In this document: one piece after another, positions 33,550-43,824 of the stretch
How positions within the stretch are numbered: position 1 is the first letter of the stretch
Layout: each line of letters opens with the position of its first letter
NCBI GenBank assembly: GCA_020725895.1
Contig: DYTO01000001.1
Span: 30,894 to 94,893, forward strand
Source: Candidatus Hadarchaeum sp.
Lineage (GTDB): Archaea; Hadarchaeota; Hadarchaeia; Hadarchaeales; Hadarchaeaceae
Length of the DNA: 64,000 nt
Direction of reading: 5' to 3'
Program-made: the position numbers and the translations under genes
Notes under the pieces: model-generated
Seen by the model: the letters and a program-made list of their open reading frames with translations, nothing else
Told to the model about the DNA's origin: nothing
Database searches by the model: none

Positions 33550-34385
33550 GAATTCCGGCAGTGGCTGGACAATTTTATGACGCTAATAAGGAGGACCTTA
33601 TTTCCCAGCTCAATTGGTGTTACAAGCACAAGCAGGGGCCAGGCAAGTTGCCGAAAGTGGCGCAGGGTCACAGGAAGATATTGGGGCTTGTCTCGCCGCA
33701 CGCAGGCTACATGTATTCCGGGCCGGTCGCCGCGCACGGCTATTCTCTTTTGGCGAGAGACGGAAAACCAGAGTCCGTGATCATTCTCGGGCCGAACCAC
33801 ACCGGATATGGCTCTGGAATCTCGACGATGAACTCTGGGAGCTGGAAGACCCCTCTCGGCGAGGTGAAGGTAAACGAAAACTTGGCCAACGCTATCCTGA
33901 AGTCAGCCAACATCATAGACGTCGATGAAAAAGCACACCTCTACGAGCACTCGATAGAAGTCCAACTGCCGTTCCTGCAGCACCTCTTCGGTTCGGGTTT
34001 CGATTTCGTCCCGATTGCCATGATGCTCCAGGACGCGAAGACGAGTCTGGAGGTCGGCGAGGCGATAGGCAAGGCGTCAGAAGGCAAGGATGTCTTGATA
34101 ATAGCTTCAACGGATTTCACACACTACGAGTCGCAGGACTCGGCGGCTAGAAAGGACAAAAAGGCGATTGAAAAAATATTGTCGTTGGATGGGTTGGGTT
34201 TGGTTAAAACCGTCGAAGGTGAAGTGATAACAATGTGCGGATACGGGCCTGTGGTCGCGATGCTGCACGCGGCGAAAATGCTCGGGGCCAATGATGCCAA
34301 GCTCCTGAAATATGCTACAAGCGGCGAAACAGCGGAACCGATGGCGCAGGTCGTCGGCTACGGATCGATCGCCGTTCTGAGGTGA
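33546..34385 (+). CDS. MEMO1-family protein (AmmeMemoRadiSam system protein B-like)
   Basis: [50 protein letters not shown] place the start at GTG 33546, overlapping the rps2 stop (GTGA); the track ORF 33477 has an arginine-rich spurious N-terminus. Confidence 0.75.
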   Translation: MRIPAVAGQFYDANKEDLISQLNWCYKHKQGPGKLPKVAQGHRKILGLVSPHAGYMYSGPVAAHGYSLLARDGKPESVIILGPNHTGYGSGISTMNSGSWKTPLGEVKVNENLANAILKSANIIDVDEKAHLYEHSIEVQLPFLQHLFGSGFDFVPIAMMLQDAKTSLEVGEAIGKASEGKDVLIIASTDFTHYESQDSAARKDKKAIEKILSLDGLGLVKTVEGEVITMCGYGPVVAMLHAAKMLGANDAKLLKYATSGETAEPMAQVVGYGSIAVLR

Positions 34386-34389
34386 TAGG

Positions 34390-35178
34390 ATGAAACCATA
34401 CGTTGTGAAGCTCGGCGGGAGCGTGATCACGGACAAGAAAAAGCCGTTCAGCGTCAGGCGCCAGAATTTGAACCGGTTGGCGCGCGAGTTGTCAAAGTCA
34501 AAACGTCCGCTCGTCATTGTCCACGGCGGCGGGTCTTTCGGCCATCCCCTCGCTTCCAAGTACAAGATTAGCGGCGGCTACAGAGAAGAGAGGCAGTTGA
34601 TGGGGTTCGCTTTGACGCACAGGGCCATGGAGCAGCTTAACGCCGAAGTCGTAGGCGCCATGAGGTCGGCAGGAGTCCCGGCGGTTGCAGTCCAGACTTC
34701 CGCTTGCGCCGTCGTTAAGAACGGCAATATCCTGACACTCGAAAAGCGCCCGATAAAAAAGTTGCTCGATTTAGGCTTGGTCCCGGTGCTCTACGGCGAC
34801 ACAGTCCCTGATTTGCAAAAGGGGATGGGAATCCTCTCGGGCGACCAGCTTGCGGCGCGCCTGGCCAAGGACATTGGTGCGTCAAGGATAATTTTCGGCG
34901 TCGACGTCGATGGAGTCTACACCTCCGATCCGAGAAAAAACCGCGGCGCGGAAATACTAAAAAACATAACCCAGAAGGACTGGAACCAGCTTTCATTCTC
35001 AGGTGACAGCAGGATTAAAGACGTGACAGGCGGAATGAAAAACAAAGTAGGAGAGCTGTTGAAATTGGCGAAATCGGGAATAGAATCCGAGATAGCTAAC
35101 GCCGCAAAGCCGGGAACGATTGAAAGGCTGGTAAACGGCGAGAGAGGGCTTGGAACGATAATAGGTGGGAGAAAATGA
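34390..35178 (+). CDS. ipk: isopentenyl phosphate kinase (amino-acid-kinase family)
   Basis: MKPYVVKLGGSVITDKK, LVIVHGGGSFGH. 262 aa. Position next to fni as in archaeal alternative mevalonate pathway clusters. Confidence 0.8.
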   Translation: MKPYVVKLGGSVITDKKKPFSVRRQNLNRLARELSKSKRPLVIVHGGGSFGHPLASKYKISGGYREERQLMGFALTHRAMEQLNAEVVGAMRSAGVPAVAVQTSACAVVKNGNILTLEKRPIKKLLDLGLVPVLYGDTVPDLQKGMGILSGDQLAARLAKDIGASRIIFGVDVDGVYTSDPRKNRGAEILKNITQKDWNQLSFSGDSRIKDVTGGMKNKVGELLKLAKSGIESEIANAAKPGTIERLVNGERGLGTIIGGRK

Positions 35179-36254
35179 GCAAAAAAACCGAGAACAGGAA
35201 GCTAGAGCACTTGAACATATGCCTGAAGGGCGATGTTGAGTCAATCCTGAAAAGCACGGGGTTCGAGGACATCGATTTCATCCACAAGGCGCTTCCGGAG
35301 ATCGATTTGGAAGAGGCCGACCTGAAGACAAAATTCTTAGGCAAGAGTTTGGAAGCCCCGGTGATGATCCTTCCGATGACAGGCGGACATCAGCGCGGGA
35401 AGAACTTCAACCTGATTTTGGCCGCTGCAGCCCAGGAGTTTGGTTTGGCGTTCGGCGTAGGCAGTCAGAGGGCGGCGATTGAAAATCCAAAGTTGGCGCA
35501 CACTTACCAAGTCAGGAAAGTCGCGCCAGACGTCTTTCTCATGGGAAACTTGGGCGCGCCCCAGTTCGTCCAGGGTTACGGAATCAAGGAGGCGAGACAA
35601 GCGGTCGAGATGATAGACGCCGACGCTCTCTCGATCCACATGAACTCCCTCCAGGAGATAGTGCAGCCAGAAGGTGAGCCGAAGTACAACGGAGTCTTGC
35701 AGAGCATTTCAAAGATTTGCCGAGGTTTGAAAGTCCCTGTCGTCGCGAAGGAGACCGGCGGCGGGATAAGCAAGGAAGTCGCGCTCAAGCTGGCCAGGGC
35801 CGGCGCGGCTGCAATAGACGTTAGCGGGGCTGGCGGCACTTCTTGGGCAGGGGTCGAGGTTCAACGGGCTGAGACAAGCGTAGGCTACACATTGTGGGAT
35901 TGGGGGATACCAACTGCGGTATGCACGGCAGATGTCGTGGATTCAGTGAGCGTCCCTGTCATCTCTAGCGGAGGTATAAGGTCCGGGCTCGACGCCGCGA
36001 AAGCGTTGGCTCTCGGCGCGGATATCGTGGGGATAGCCCTTCCTGCGCTCCAGGCCGCGGCTGAGGGGGAGGCGGGAATAAGAAATTATCTTCAGAACTT
36101 TTTGTCGGAATTGAAGGCGGTAATGTTCCTGACCGGAAGCAAGAATCCGAAAGAGCTGCGCGGAGCCGGCCTCGTCATATACGGGTTGACGAGGGAAAAA
36201 TTGTTCAGCATCGGATTGGACCCGGATAGACTCTCAAAAGGTAGAAAAAGATGA
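35175..36254 (+). CDS. fni: isopentenyl-diphosphate delta-isomerase, type 2 (FMN-dependent)
   Basis: RKLEHLNICL N-terminus, VPVVAKETGGGIS, GGIRSGLDAAKALALGAD: TIM-barrel FMN enzyme motifs. 359 aa. Confidence 0.85.
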   Translation: MSKKTENRKLEHLNICLKGDVESILKSTGFEDIDFIHKALPEIDLEEADLKTKFLGKSLEAPVMILPMTGGHQRGKNFNLILAAAAQEFGLAFGVGSQRAAIENPKLAHTYQVRKVAPDVFLMGNLGAPQFVQGYGIKEARQAVEMIDADALSIHMNSLQEIVQPEGEPKYNGVLQSISKICRGLKVPVVAKETGGGISKEVALKLARAGAAAIDVSGAGGTSWAGVEVQRAETSVGYTLWDWGIPTAVCTADVVDSVSVPVISSGGIRSGLDAAKALALGADIVGIALPALQAAAEGEAGIRNYLQNFLSELKAVMFLTGSKNPKELRGAGLVIYGLTREKLFSIGLDPDRLSKGRKR

Positions 36255-37576
36255 TTGAAGTTCTACCGCTCGGCGGGATGAACGAAATAGGCAAGAACAT
36301 GACGGCGATCGGGTTCGACGGCAAATACATCATCGTTGACATGGGGATCCGGCTAGACAGCATCCTCGCTTTCGAGGATGTCGAGATAGGGAAGATGACA
36401 AAGGAGGAGCTCGTCAACATCAACGCCATCCCCGACGACTCCATGCTGCACGGGAAGAAGGTCGAAGCGATAGTATTGACCCACGGCCACCTGGACCACG
36501 TCGGCGCCGTCGGGAAGCTGGCGGCCACGTACAACGCGCCGATTTACGGGACTCCCTTCACTTCCGAGATAACGAAGCATATAATCAAGGAAGAGTCCGG
36601 GCCGACTCCTCGCCTGGATTTGCGAAGGCACATCCCACCCGGAGACACAGTGGACGTTGGGAAAATATCGGTGGAGTTCATCCCCATAACCCACAGCATA
36701 CTCCAGACGAGCGCGATACTGATCAGAAAAGGGGAGGAATCGATTCTTGTCGCGAGCGATTTCAAGCTTGACGATGAGCCTCTCCTCGGTTACAAGACGG
36801 ATACGAAAAGGCTGGAGGAAATCGGTAAGGAAGGACTTCTGGCGGCGATGGTTGGCTCGGTGAGGTTGGATGAGGAGGGCCCAACGGGTTCAGAGGCGCA
36901 GGCAAAGGAGATGCTGAGAGACGCGATGAACGATGCCTTCACGACCAGAGGCCTCGTTTTCGTCACTACTTTCTCTTCACACATAACTCGGCTGAAGTCC
37001 ATCGTGGACCTTGCGTTTGAACTCGGGAGGACGCCGGTGATGATAGGAAGGTCGATGAGAAGTTACACGAAAATCGCGATGCACCTTGACCTTGTGGATT
37101 TCCCGGCAGAACTACAAATCCTCGGCAGGCCGAACGCCGTGAGGAACATCCTGAAAAAAATCGAGCAGTCCCGCAGCGATTACGTTTTGATCTGCACGGG
37201 GCACCAGGGTGAACCCACCTCCGTTTTGACGAGGATTGCGGACGGGAGGATACCGCCGAGCATCAAGAATGGAGACGAGGTCATATACTCCGCGAGCGTC
37301 ATCCCGAACCCGATAAACCAGTCCAACCGGGCAATCCAAGAGACGAAGCTCGAGGCCCAGGGCGCCCATATTCACCGAAACGTCCACGTTTCAGGGCACG
37401 CCGGAAGGGTCGACACAGCCGAGTTCCTGAGTATGATCAAACCGGAGCACATCATCCCCTGCCACGGAACTCCGGAAAAACTTAGGACGATGGCCGAGCT
37501 TTCCCGGCAGATCGGCTATTCAGGCAAACAAGTACATATTTTTGGGAATGGGATTTCTCTTAAATTGGGTGGCTAG
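36251..37576 (+). CDS. rnj: RNase J-like beta-CASP metallo-beta-lactamase ribonuclease
   Basis: VLPLGGMNEIGKNM, LTHGHLDHVGA (HxHxDH), beta-CASP region. About 441 aa. Confidence 0.8.
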   Translation: MIEVLPLGGMNEIGKNMTAIGFDGKYIIVDMGIRLDSILAFEDVEIGKMTKEELVNINAIPDDSMLHGKKVEAIVLTHGHLDHVGAVGKLAATYNAPIYGTPFTSEITKHIIKEESGPTPRLDLRRHIPPGDTVDVGKISVEFIPITHSILQTSAILIRKGEESILVASDFKLDDEPLLGYKTDTKRLEEIGKEGLLAAMVGSVRLDEEGPTGSEAQAKEMLRDAMNDAFTTRGLVFVTTFSSHITRLKSIVDLAFELGRTPVMIGRSMRSYTKIAMHLDLVDFPAELQILGRPNAVRNILKKIEQSRSDYVLICTGHQGEPTSVLTRIADGRIPPSIKNGDEVIYSASVIPNPINQSNRAIQETKLEAQGAHIHRNVHVSGHAGRVDTAEFLSMIKPEHIIPCHGTPEKLRTMAELSRQIGYSGKQVHIFGNGISLKLGG

Positions 37577-37577
37577 G

Positions 37578-38576
37578 ATGGACGTCATGAAATACCTCTC
37601 GGAAAGAATCGCCGTGGTCGAGAAGGAGCTGAACAGTTGGGTCCCGCCGGGCACTCAGCCAGCCGAGTTGACGAAGGCGGCACGCCATCTGCTAGACGCT
37701 GGAGGCAAGAGACTCCGCCCATGCCTGGTTATGGTATCTTGCGAAGCTGTTGGAGGGAAAAGCAAGGACGCGATCGAGGCCGCCGCAGCTTTGGAATTGC
37801 TGCACAATTTCACGCTGATCCACGACGACATAATGGACCACGATGAGTTCAGGAGAAACGTCAAGACCGTCCACATGATCTGGGGCGAGCCAATCGCGAT
37901 AATCGCCGGCGATGCCCTCTTCGCCAAAGTATTCGAGGCCCTGACAGGGAACGTTAGGCGGCTGAAACTCGACAAGGCGTCCGCGGTTGAAGTTTTTGAC
38001 ACTGTCAGCAAGGCGAGTTTCGAGGTCTGCAGCGGGCAGGCAAAGGACATGCTCCTCGCGAAAAGCAAGAGCGTGAAAGAGGCGGAATTCCTGGACATGA
38101 TAAGCGGAAAGACCGGTGCATTGACCGAGGCCTCTACGAAGATAGGGGCAATTCTTGGGAAAGGCACAGCAAGGCAGGTGAAAGCGCTGGCTAACTACGG
38201 GAGGCTCCTGGGTGTGGCGTTCCAAATCAGGGACGATGTCCTCGGCGTAACCGGCCAGAAAAGCAAGTTCGGAAAACCGATCGGCAGCGACATCAGGGAG
38301 GGAAAAAGGACGCTGATAGCGATAAGAGCACTCTCGATAGTGAAGGGTCTGGAAAAGAAAACTCTTCTGCGCGTACTAGGAAATGAAAATTCATCGGGTT
38401 CTGAAATCAAAGCCGCAATAGAAATATTGAGAAAGTCGGGAAGCATCGATTACGCGTCGCGGAAGTCCGAGGAATTGGTTTCAAAGGCGAAATCTCAATT
38501 GAATGTATTGCCCGACTCCGATGCAAAGGAAGTTCTCGTGAAGATCGCCGATTTCGTGGTCAAGAGGGAGTTTTAA
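37578..38576 (+). CDS. idsA: geranylgeranyl diphosphate synthase (short-chain trans-prenyltransferase)
   Basis: First DDxxD LIHDDIMDHDEFRR; second aspartate-rich motif region RDDVLGV. Start ATG 37578, 1 nt after the rnj stop. Confidence 0.85.
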   Translation: MDVMKYLSERIAVVEKELNSWVPPGTQPAELTKAARHLLDAGGKRLRPCLVMVSCEAVGGKSKDAIEAAAALELLHNFTLIHDDIMDHDEFRRNVKTVHMIWGEPIAIIAGDALFAKVFEALTGNVRRLKLDKASAVEVFDTVSKASFEVCSGQAKDMLLAKSKSVKEAEFLDMISGKTGALTEASTKIGAILGKGTARQVKALANYGRLLGVAFQIRDDVLGVTGQKSKFGKPIGSDIREGKRTLIAIRALSIVKGLEKKTLLRVLGNENSSGSEIKAAIEILRKSGSIDYASRKSEELVSKAKSQLNVLPDSDAKEVLVKIADFVVKREF

Positions 38577-38604
38577 TAAATGAAGGCTTCAGAGAGGTCT
38601 GAAA

Positions 38605-40296
38605 ATGGAAGAAATCAGGAATGAAGTTTTGAAGTGGGTCTTGACGAACGCCGTTGAGCACAATGGAAAAGCCGACGCGAAATCAGTCATGGGAAAACTC
38701 ATCGCGGAGCTTCCGGGATGGAAGTCCAAGATAGGGGAACTTTCCCTGATCGTCAAGGAAGTCGTGGACGAGGTCAATTCGATGAGTTCCGAGGAGCAAA
38801 ATTTCCAGCTTAAAAAAGTCGGCGCCCCAAAAAAGGCCGAGCACGCCGAGAAGAAAGGCTTGCAGGAACTTCCAGAGCTAGACAGGTTCCCGCTCGTGGT
38901 AACGCGATTCGCTCCAAATCCAAACGGACCACTGCACCTCGGGAACGCCCGCGCAGCGATTCTAAGCCACGAGTATGCGAGAAAGTACAAGGGAAAATTC
39001 ATCCTGCGTTTCGAGGACACCAATCCGGAAAAGGTTCTTCTGGAGATGTACGAGTTCATAAAACGCGACTTGCGCTGGCTGGGAATGAGCTGGGACGAGG
39101 AATATGCACAGTCCGACAGGATAGAAAAGTACTACACTTGTGCCGAGCAGCTTCTGGGCGAGGGAAAGGCATACGTTTGCACATGCGACGTTGAAAAGTT
39201 CCGCTTGATGCGCGACGCGGGAGAGCCATGCCCATGCAGAGACAAGTCCACCGAAGAAAATTTGGCTGGTTGGAGCAAGATGCTGTCCGGTGATGTGGAG
39301 CAAGGGGCCGCGGTCGTCAGAATCAAAACGGATCTCAGACACCCGAACCCGGCCGTCAGGGACTGGCCCGCCCTCAGGGTCGTGAAAACCCCGCACCCAA
39401 AGACAGGTGAAAAGTTCAAAATCTGGCCGCTATACAATTTCTCCGTTTCCATAGACGACCACGAGATGGGGGTATCCCACGTCTTCAGAGGCAAGGAGCA
39501 CGAGGGGAACGAGCAGTGCCAGCGAACTTTGTTCATGCACCTGGGCTGGGATTATCCGGTCGCGATCCAGTACGGGCGGCTTGCAATCCCCGGCGCGCCG
39601 CTAAGCAAGACGCAAACGATCCAGGCGATCAGCGGAGGCAAGCTCACGGGTTTCGACGATGTCCGGCTGGCCACACTCACTGCTTTGAAAAGGCGCGGGA
39701 TATTGCCAGAAACAGTAAGGCAGGTGATATTGGGCGTGGGGTTGACTCTTGTCGACTCTTCTTTGAGCTGGGAGACCCTGTACGCACAGAACAGGAAGAT
39801 GGTGGACGAAATCGCGAGCAGGTACTTCTTCGTCCAAAACCCCGTGAAACTCATGGTCAAAAACGCGCCTGATTTGAAAGAGGTGAGCCTGCGAGCCCAC
39901 CCGAGCCGCCCAGAGGCTGGTGAAAGGATACTGCCACTTGAGAGAGATAACGGCGGCATGGGATTTTACATTTCGAGGGAAGATTGCGACAAGATCCAGG
40001 AGAACGGGACTTTCAGGCTCAAGGACCTCATGAACGTGAAGATGGTCAAGAAGGGAAAAGTTTGCGAGGCCGAGTTCGAGAGCCTGGGAATAATAAACGT
40101 CCCGAAAATCCACTGGGTTTCGAAGGGGGCTTTGCAGGTCGAGGTCTTGACCCCCGAGAATGAGGCGGTCAAAGGACTGGCGGAGCCCGCGGTTGCCTCG
40201 TTAGAGCCTGGCGCGATAGTCCAGTTTGAAAGGTACGGTTTTGTGAGGATAGAATCGATCAGTCCGAAAATTTTGGCGGCATACAGTCACAGGTGA
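38605..40296 (+). CDS. gltX: glutamyl-tRNA synthetase, archaeal/eukaryal type
   Basis: RFAPNPNGPLHLGNARAA (HIGH-class motif), class I catalytic core, C-terminal anticodon-binding beta-barrels. 563 aa. Confidence 0.85.
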   Translation: MEEIRNEVLKWVLTNAVEHNGKADAKSVMGKLIAELPGWKSKIGELSLIVKEVVDEVNSMSSEEQNFQLKKVGAPKKAEHAEKKGLQELPELDRFPLVVTRFAPNPNGPLHLGNARAAILSHEYARKYKGKFILRFEDTNPEKVLLEMYEFIKRDLRWLGMSWDEEYAQSDRIEKYYTCAEQLLGEGKAYVCTCDVEKFRLMRDAGEPCPCRDKSTEENLAGWSKMLSGDVEQGAAVVRIKTDLRHPNPAVRDWPALRVVKTPHPKTGEKFKIWPLYNFSVSIDDHEMGVSHVFRGKEHEGNEQCQRTLFMHLGWDYPVAIQYGRLAIPGAPLSKTQTIQAISGGKLTGFDDVRLATLTALKRRGILPETVRQVILGVGLTLVDSSLSWETLYAQNRKMVDEIASRYFFVQNPVKLMVKNAPDLKEVSLRAHPSRPEAGERILPLERDNGGMGFYISREDCDKIQENGTFRLKDLMNVKMVKKGKVCEAEFESLGIINVPKIHWVSKGALQVEVLTPENEAVKGLAEPAVASLEPGAIVQFERYGFVRIESISPKILAAYSHR

Positions 40297-40352
40297 GCTA
40301 GGAAAACATAAAAGGAAAGAGTGAGAAGAATTGCCAAGTTGAGGGGTCTGGT

Positions 40353-40793
40353 TTGGATAGTGTCGATCTAAAGCTGCTGAGAATATTGGAGAAGGATGCG
40401 CGCACGCCTCTAAGGAAAATGGCGCGCGAAGTCGGGCTGAGCACGTCCGGCGTCAGGAGGAGGGTGCAGCAGATGGAAAAGGTCGGGATAATAAAGGGGC
40501 AATCAGTCGTAATAGACCCGAAGAAGTACGGGTTCGATATTTTGGCAATAATAACGATAGCCGCCGACCCGAGGAGCCTGAAGGAGATGGTCCGCGCAAT
40601 ACGCGGGAAGCACGAGGTTTGCGAGTTGCACCTGGTCAGCGGGGGCGACCACCTCGTGGCAAAGATAAGGTCAAAGAGCATCGACGATTTGAACAAATTC
40701 GTGAAGGAAAATATAACCTCATTCGAGTCGGTCAAGCAGGTTTCGACAATGATCGCGATGGAAACTTTCAAGGAGACTCTTCTAAACCTCTAG
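40353..40793 (+). CDS. Lrp/AsnC-family transcriptional regulator
   Basis: LDLKLLRILEKDARTPLRKMAREVGLSTSGVRRRVQQMEKVGII HTH, then a RAM domain. 146 aa. Confidence 0.85.
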   Translation: MDSVDLKLLRILEKDARTPLRKMAREVGLSTSGVRRRVQQMEKVGIIKGQSVVIDPKKYGFDILAIITIAADPRSLKEMVRAIRGKHEVCELHLVSGGDHLVAKIRSKSIDDLNKFVKENITSFESVKQVSTMIAMETFKETLLNL

Positions 40794-40796
40794 GTG

Positions 40797-41038
40797 CAAT
40801 GATGATTGAAGAGGAATCCAAAATCGCAAGAAGCACCATTGAGTTCGTCCTGCCGAACATAGTCTATCTGGGAGAGCTCAAGGATTTGGTCGAGCGCGAG
40901 ATCGGGAGGAGCGATAGCGCCCAAGCCCTTGTCGACAACATCAAGAAGGCGATTTCAGAGGAAACCGACAACACGAAAAAGACAGACTGGAGGATTTTTC
41001 TGGGAGAGTTCCGGAGGAGGACTTCCAGCAAGTCTTAA
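40797..41038 (+). CDS. small hypothetical protein (79 aa)
   Basis: MIEEESKIARSTIEFVLPNIVYLGELKDLVEREIGRS..., the in-frame tail of track ORF 40619..41038 after the Lrp stop. No recognised family. Confidence 0.3.
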
Positions 41039-41069
41039 TTTACCCATTCAGAATGTAGAGGGGTCGTGA

Positions 41070-42002
41070 ATGATTACGAACGAAGTCAAGAAAATCGCGC
41101 ACGGCATAAAAACTATGGAAATCCGCGGGGCAGGAAAAATAGCCAGGGCCGCCGCGCTGGCGATGAAGATCGCCGCTGAAAATTCAAAGGCGAAGAACGC
41201 GGAAGATTTTTTGGCCGAGATGGAGAAGGCTTCAAATTTCATAGAATCCACGAGGCCGTCGGCAGTTTCCCTTCCAAACGCTTTGAGATACGTCATGAGG
41301 GGCGCACGCAAAGCTGAGGGCGGAGTGGACGAGATTCGCGAGGGCATCGTTTCGAGAGCCGACGAATTCATAAAGAGTTCGGAGGAGGCCGTGAAGAAAA
41401 TCGGAGAAATAGGCGCCAACAGGATATCGGACGGCGACACCGTGATGACCCACTGCAACAGCCAGAGCGCCCTTTCTGTTATAAAGACGGCTTTCAAGCA
41501 AGGCAAAAAAATACAAGTTTACCTGACGGAGGCGCGGCCTTTCTACCAGGGCCACATAAGCGCCAGAGAAATCCTGAAAGCCGGGATTCCAACCACGATG
41601 TTCGTCGATTCGGCGGTCAGGCACTTGATCAGGGATGTTGACAAGGTAGTTGTCGGCGCGGACAGCGTCGCCGCCAACGGGGCAGTCGTTAACAAGATAG
41701 GCACTTCCCAGATAGCCTTGGCGGCCCATGAAGCGAGAGTCCCGTTTTTCGTCGCCGCTGAGACTTACAAATTCCACCCCGGTACTTTGGTTGGACGGCT
41801 TGTCGAAATCGAGGAGAGGGACCCGAAGGAGGTGGCCGACCCAAAGAACTTCCCCGGCATCAAGATCAGGAACCCTTCATTCGACGTCACCCCGGCGGAA
41901 TACGTTGACCTGATAATAACTGAGCGGGGCATAATTCCTCCGTCCGCGGCTTACGCAATAATCAGCGATCTTTTCGGATGGGAATTCGGGGAAAAAACCT
42001 GA
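41070..42002 (+). CDS. eIF-2B alpha/beta/delta-family protein (ribose-1,5-bisphosphate isomerase or aIF-2B subunit)
   Basis: IRGAGKIARAAALAM, MTHCNSQSAL, VVGADSVAANGAVVNKIGTSQIALAAHEARVPFFVAAETYKF: e2b2 family signatures. 310 aa. Confidence 0.75.
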   Translation: MITNEVKKIAHGIKTMEIRGAGKIARAAALAMKIAAENSKAKNAEDFLAEMEKASNFIESTRPSAVSLPNALRYVMRGARKAEGGVDEIREGIVSRADEFIKSSEEAVKKIGEIGANRISDGDTVMTHCNSQSALSVIKTAFKQGKKIQVYLTEARPFYQGHISAREILKAGIPTTMFVDSAVRHLIRDVDKVVVGADSVAANGAVVNKIGTSQIALAAHEARVPFFVAAETYKFHPGTLVGRLVEIEERDPKEVADPKNFPGIKIRNPSFDVTPAEYVDLIITERGIIPPSAAYAIISDLFGWEFGEKT

Positions 42003-42635
42003 TCAGGTCCTTTCACGCGTCCTGTGTATAACTCCCTTCAGAGTACCCATTTCTATTACCTTGAGCTTCGCGTTCAAGTAATCGACGAAGGTTTTTGCAG
42101 GAACGCCGAGTTGCCAAAGATCGACGTAGACCTGCCCTACTGGGACGACGCCCTTGCCGCTTATTTTCGAAAGATGTTCGTCCTGCTTCAAAACAACTAT
42201 GGTGTTTGTCCCGTGATGCGCCTCAAATTTTTTCTTAATCTCAACCGCGTCTCCGTAGACGTGTACTTCCCGATACCTCTCGACGGTTTCACCGAACTTT
42301 ATCTTGAATGCTGAGTAAGCAGTGAGCAAAGAGCCGGCGGGGACGTTTTTCTCTATCTTATCTATTGTCGTGCTAGTGCTGATTCTTGAAACGACATCCT
42401 CGTCAAGGTCCCTGTTGTTGGCCCAGAAAAGCAAGATTCGACCAACGTCAATAACTCTGAAGCCAAGCGGTTTTTTCTCTATTGCACCGATCCTGTCTAA
42501 TTTTTGCATTACCGGGTTCACAGTACCCAAAGAGACCCCGCACGACTCCGCCACCGATTTTTGGTTCATGAAGCGGATATTCTCTTCGTAGAACAGGTAC
42601 AGTATTTGCCGCAGAACTCTTTCCCACCTCTTCAC
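42003..42635 (-). CDS. wHTH transcriptional regulator with conserved C-terminal domain (paralog of 61411..62034)
   Basis: N-terminal HTH (SVAESCGVSLGTVNPVMQKLDRIGAIE); C-terminal VVPVGQVYVDLWQLG matches APVPQVYVDIYSVGG in the paralog. Divergent from the 42737 operon. Confidence 0.5.
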   Translation of the reverse strand: MKRWERVLRQILYLFYEENIRFMNQKSVAESCGVSLGTVNPVMQKLDRIGAIEKKPLGFRVIDVGRILLFWANNRDLDEDVVSRISTSTTIDKIEKNVPAGSLLTAYSAFKIKFGETVERYREVHVYGDAVEIKKKFEAHHGTNTIVVLKQDEHLSKISGKGVVPVGQVYVDLWQLGVPAKTFVDYLNAKLKVIEMGTLKGVIHRTRERT

Positions 42636-42736
42636 AAAAACTCCTTTATTTCCGACGTATTAAAATGTTTCGAAAAAATTTGAAAACGTTATTTTGCTTA
42701 AAAGCCGATAAATGCCGCGCGTGTTGAGATTAGATA

Positions 42737-43519
42737 GTGGGAGAAATGGGGAAAAAATCCCAGGCGGCAGCAGCGTTGGCAGCGATAATGCTGATTTGCT
42801 TAGGTCTCGGCACAACTCTTGCGATTGATAACGAGAATTACTACTCTTATACCTATCAAGAGTTCGGCGACCAATTCTTGAAGTTTTTCACAGTATGGTC
42901 GGAAAATACAGTAGATAACTCGTCGGTCGTTTATGGTTACTTGTACGACAAAAAACCAAGCTGGGCTTCTTCACCACCGATGACCGTGAGCTGCTATTTC
43001 AGCATCGAGAACACGGTTGAAATAAAAACGATGGATATTGAATTCAGAGTCACGAAAAGTTGGTTGGACACAATCAAGATTTCTGAAAACGACGTGGTAT
43101 TGTTGGAATACGCGGGCAGCTGGGTCGAGCATCCAACTTCCTTGAAAGAAGCCGGTGAGACATATTACACGTACTCCTCGTCGTCGTCCGGGCTTTCGCT
43201 GTTCGCTGTCGGCGGGAGATCGGCGGAGTTACAGAGCCCACTGCTGCCAGTAATGCTCTTCGTAGCCGCCGTATTGGCAATTTCTATTGTTTACTGGTTC
43301 GTCGTCAGGCCGCGCAGATTTTTCGTGTCTCTCAAGAAATTGGAGAGGGATACTGGCGAAGAGATAGTCAGAGGAAGCGGAGGCAAAATCGAAGAGGAGT
43401 CGGAACAGATAGCCAAAATGAAGAGACGTACAAAGCCTCAAACGAAAAACATTAAATCAGGGAAAGATGCAGAAATTCTGAGGGAATTGAAGAAAAAAGC
43501 TGGAAAGAGGCGGGAGTGA
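42737..43519 (+). CDS. secreted, membrane-anchored protein (signal peptide, ectodomain, C-terminal TM and charged tail)
   Basis: Signal AALAAIMLICLGLGTTLA; TM LLPVMLFVAAVLAISIVYWFVV near the C-terminus; lysine-rich tail. Confidence 0.55.
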   Translation: MGEMGKKSQAAAALAAIMLICLGLGTTLAIDNENYYSYTYQEFGDQFLKFFTVWSENTVDNSSVVYGYLYDKKPSWASSPPMTVSCYFSIENTVEIKTMDIEFRVTKSWLDTIKISENDVVLLEYAGSWVEHPTSLKEAGETYYTYSSSSSGLSLFAVGGRSAELQSPLLPVMLFVAAVLAISIVYWFVVRPRRFFVSLKKLERDTGEEIVRGSGGKIEEESEQIAKMKRRTKPQTKNIKSGKDAEILRELKKKAGKRRE

Positions 43520-43818
43520 TGGATAGTCTAAGAGACGTCGATATAAAATACGTAGAGGCGGCTAAGAACAATCTTGACAAGCTTATTCTATGGATTCTCA
43601 GGACTCGCGGACCGTTGAGCCGGCACGAAATAGTCCAACACATATTCGCCTCCCACGGGTTTTTGCCTCGTCAAGAAAAGGTAGATGAAATGCTGGATAA
43701 TTTCATTCAAAAAAGCATAATCGAAAAGCAGGCAAACGGGTTGACGTCCGTTTTCATTTTAACTAAAAATGGAGTAAAGATCGCGTCCGATTCAAGCGAA
43801 GCTATTCGTATTTTATAA
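43516..43818 (+). CDS. small winged-helix protein (100 aa)
   Basis: LILWILRTRGPLSRHEIVQHIF...LTSVFILTKNG is wHTH-like. ATGA overlap with the upstream gene. Confidence 0.5.
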   Translation: MMDSLRDVDIKYVEAAKNNLDKLILWILRTRGPLSRHEIVQHIFASHGFLPRQEKVDEMLDNFIQKSIIEKQANGLTSVFILTKNGVKIASDSSEAIRIL

Positions 43819-43824
43819 AAAGAA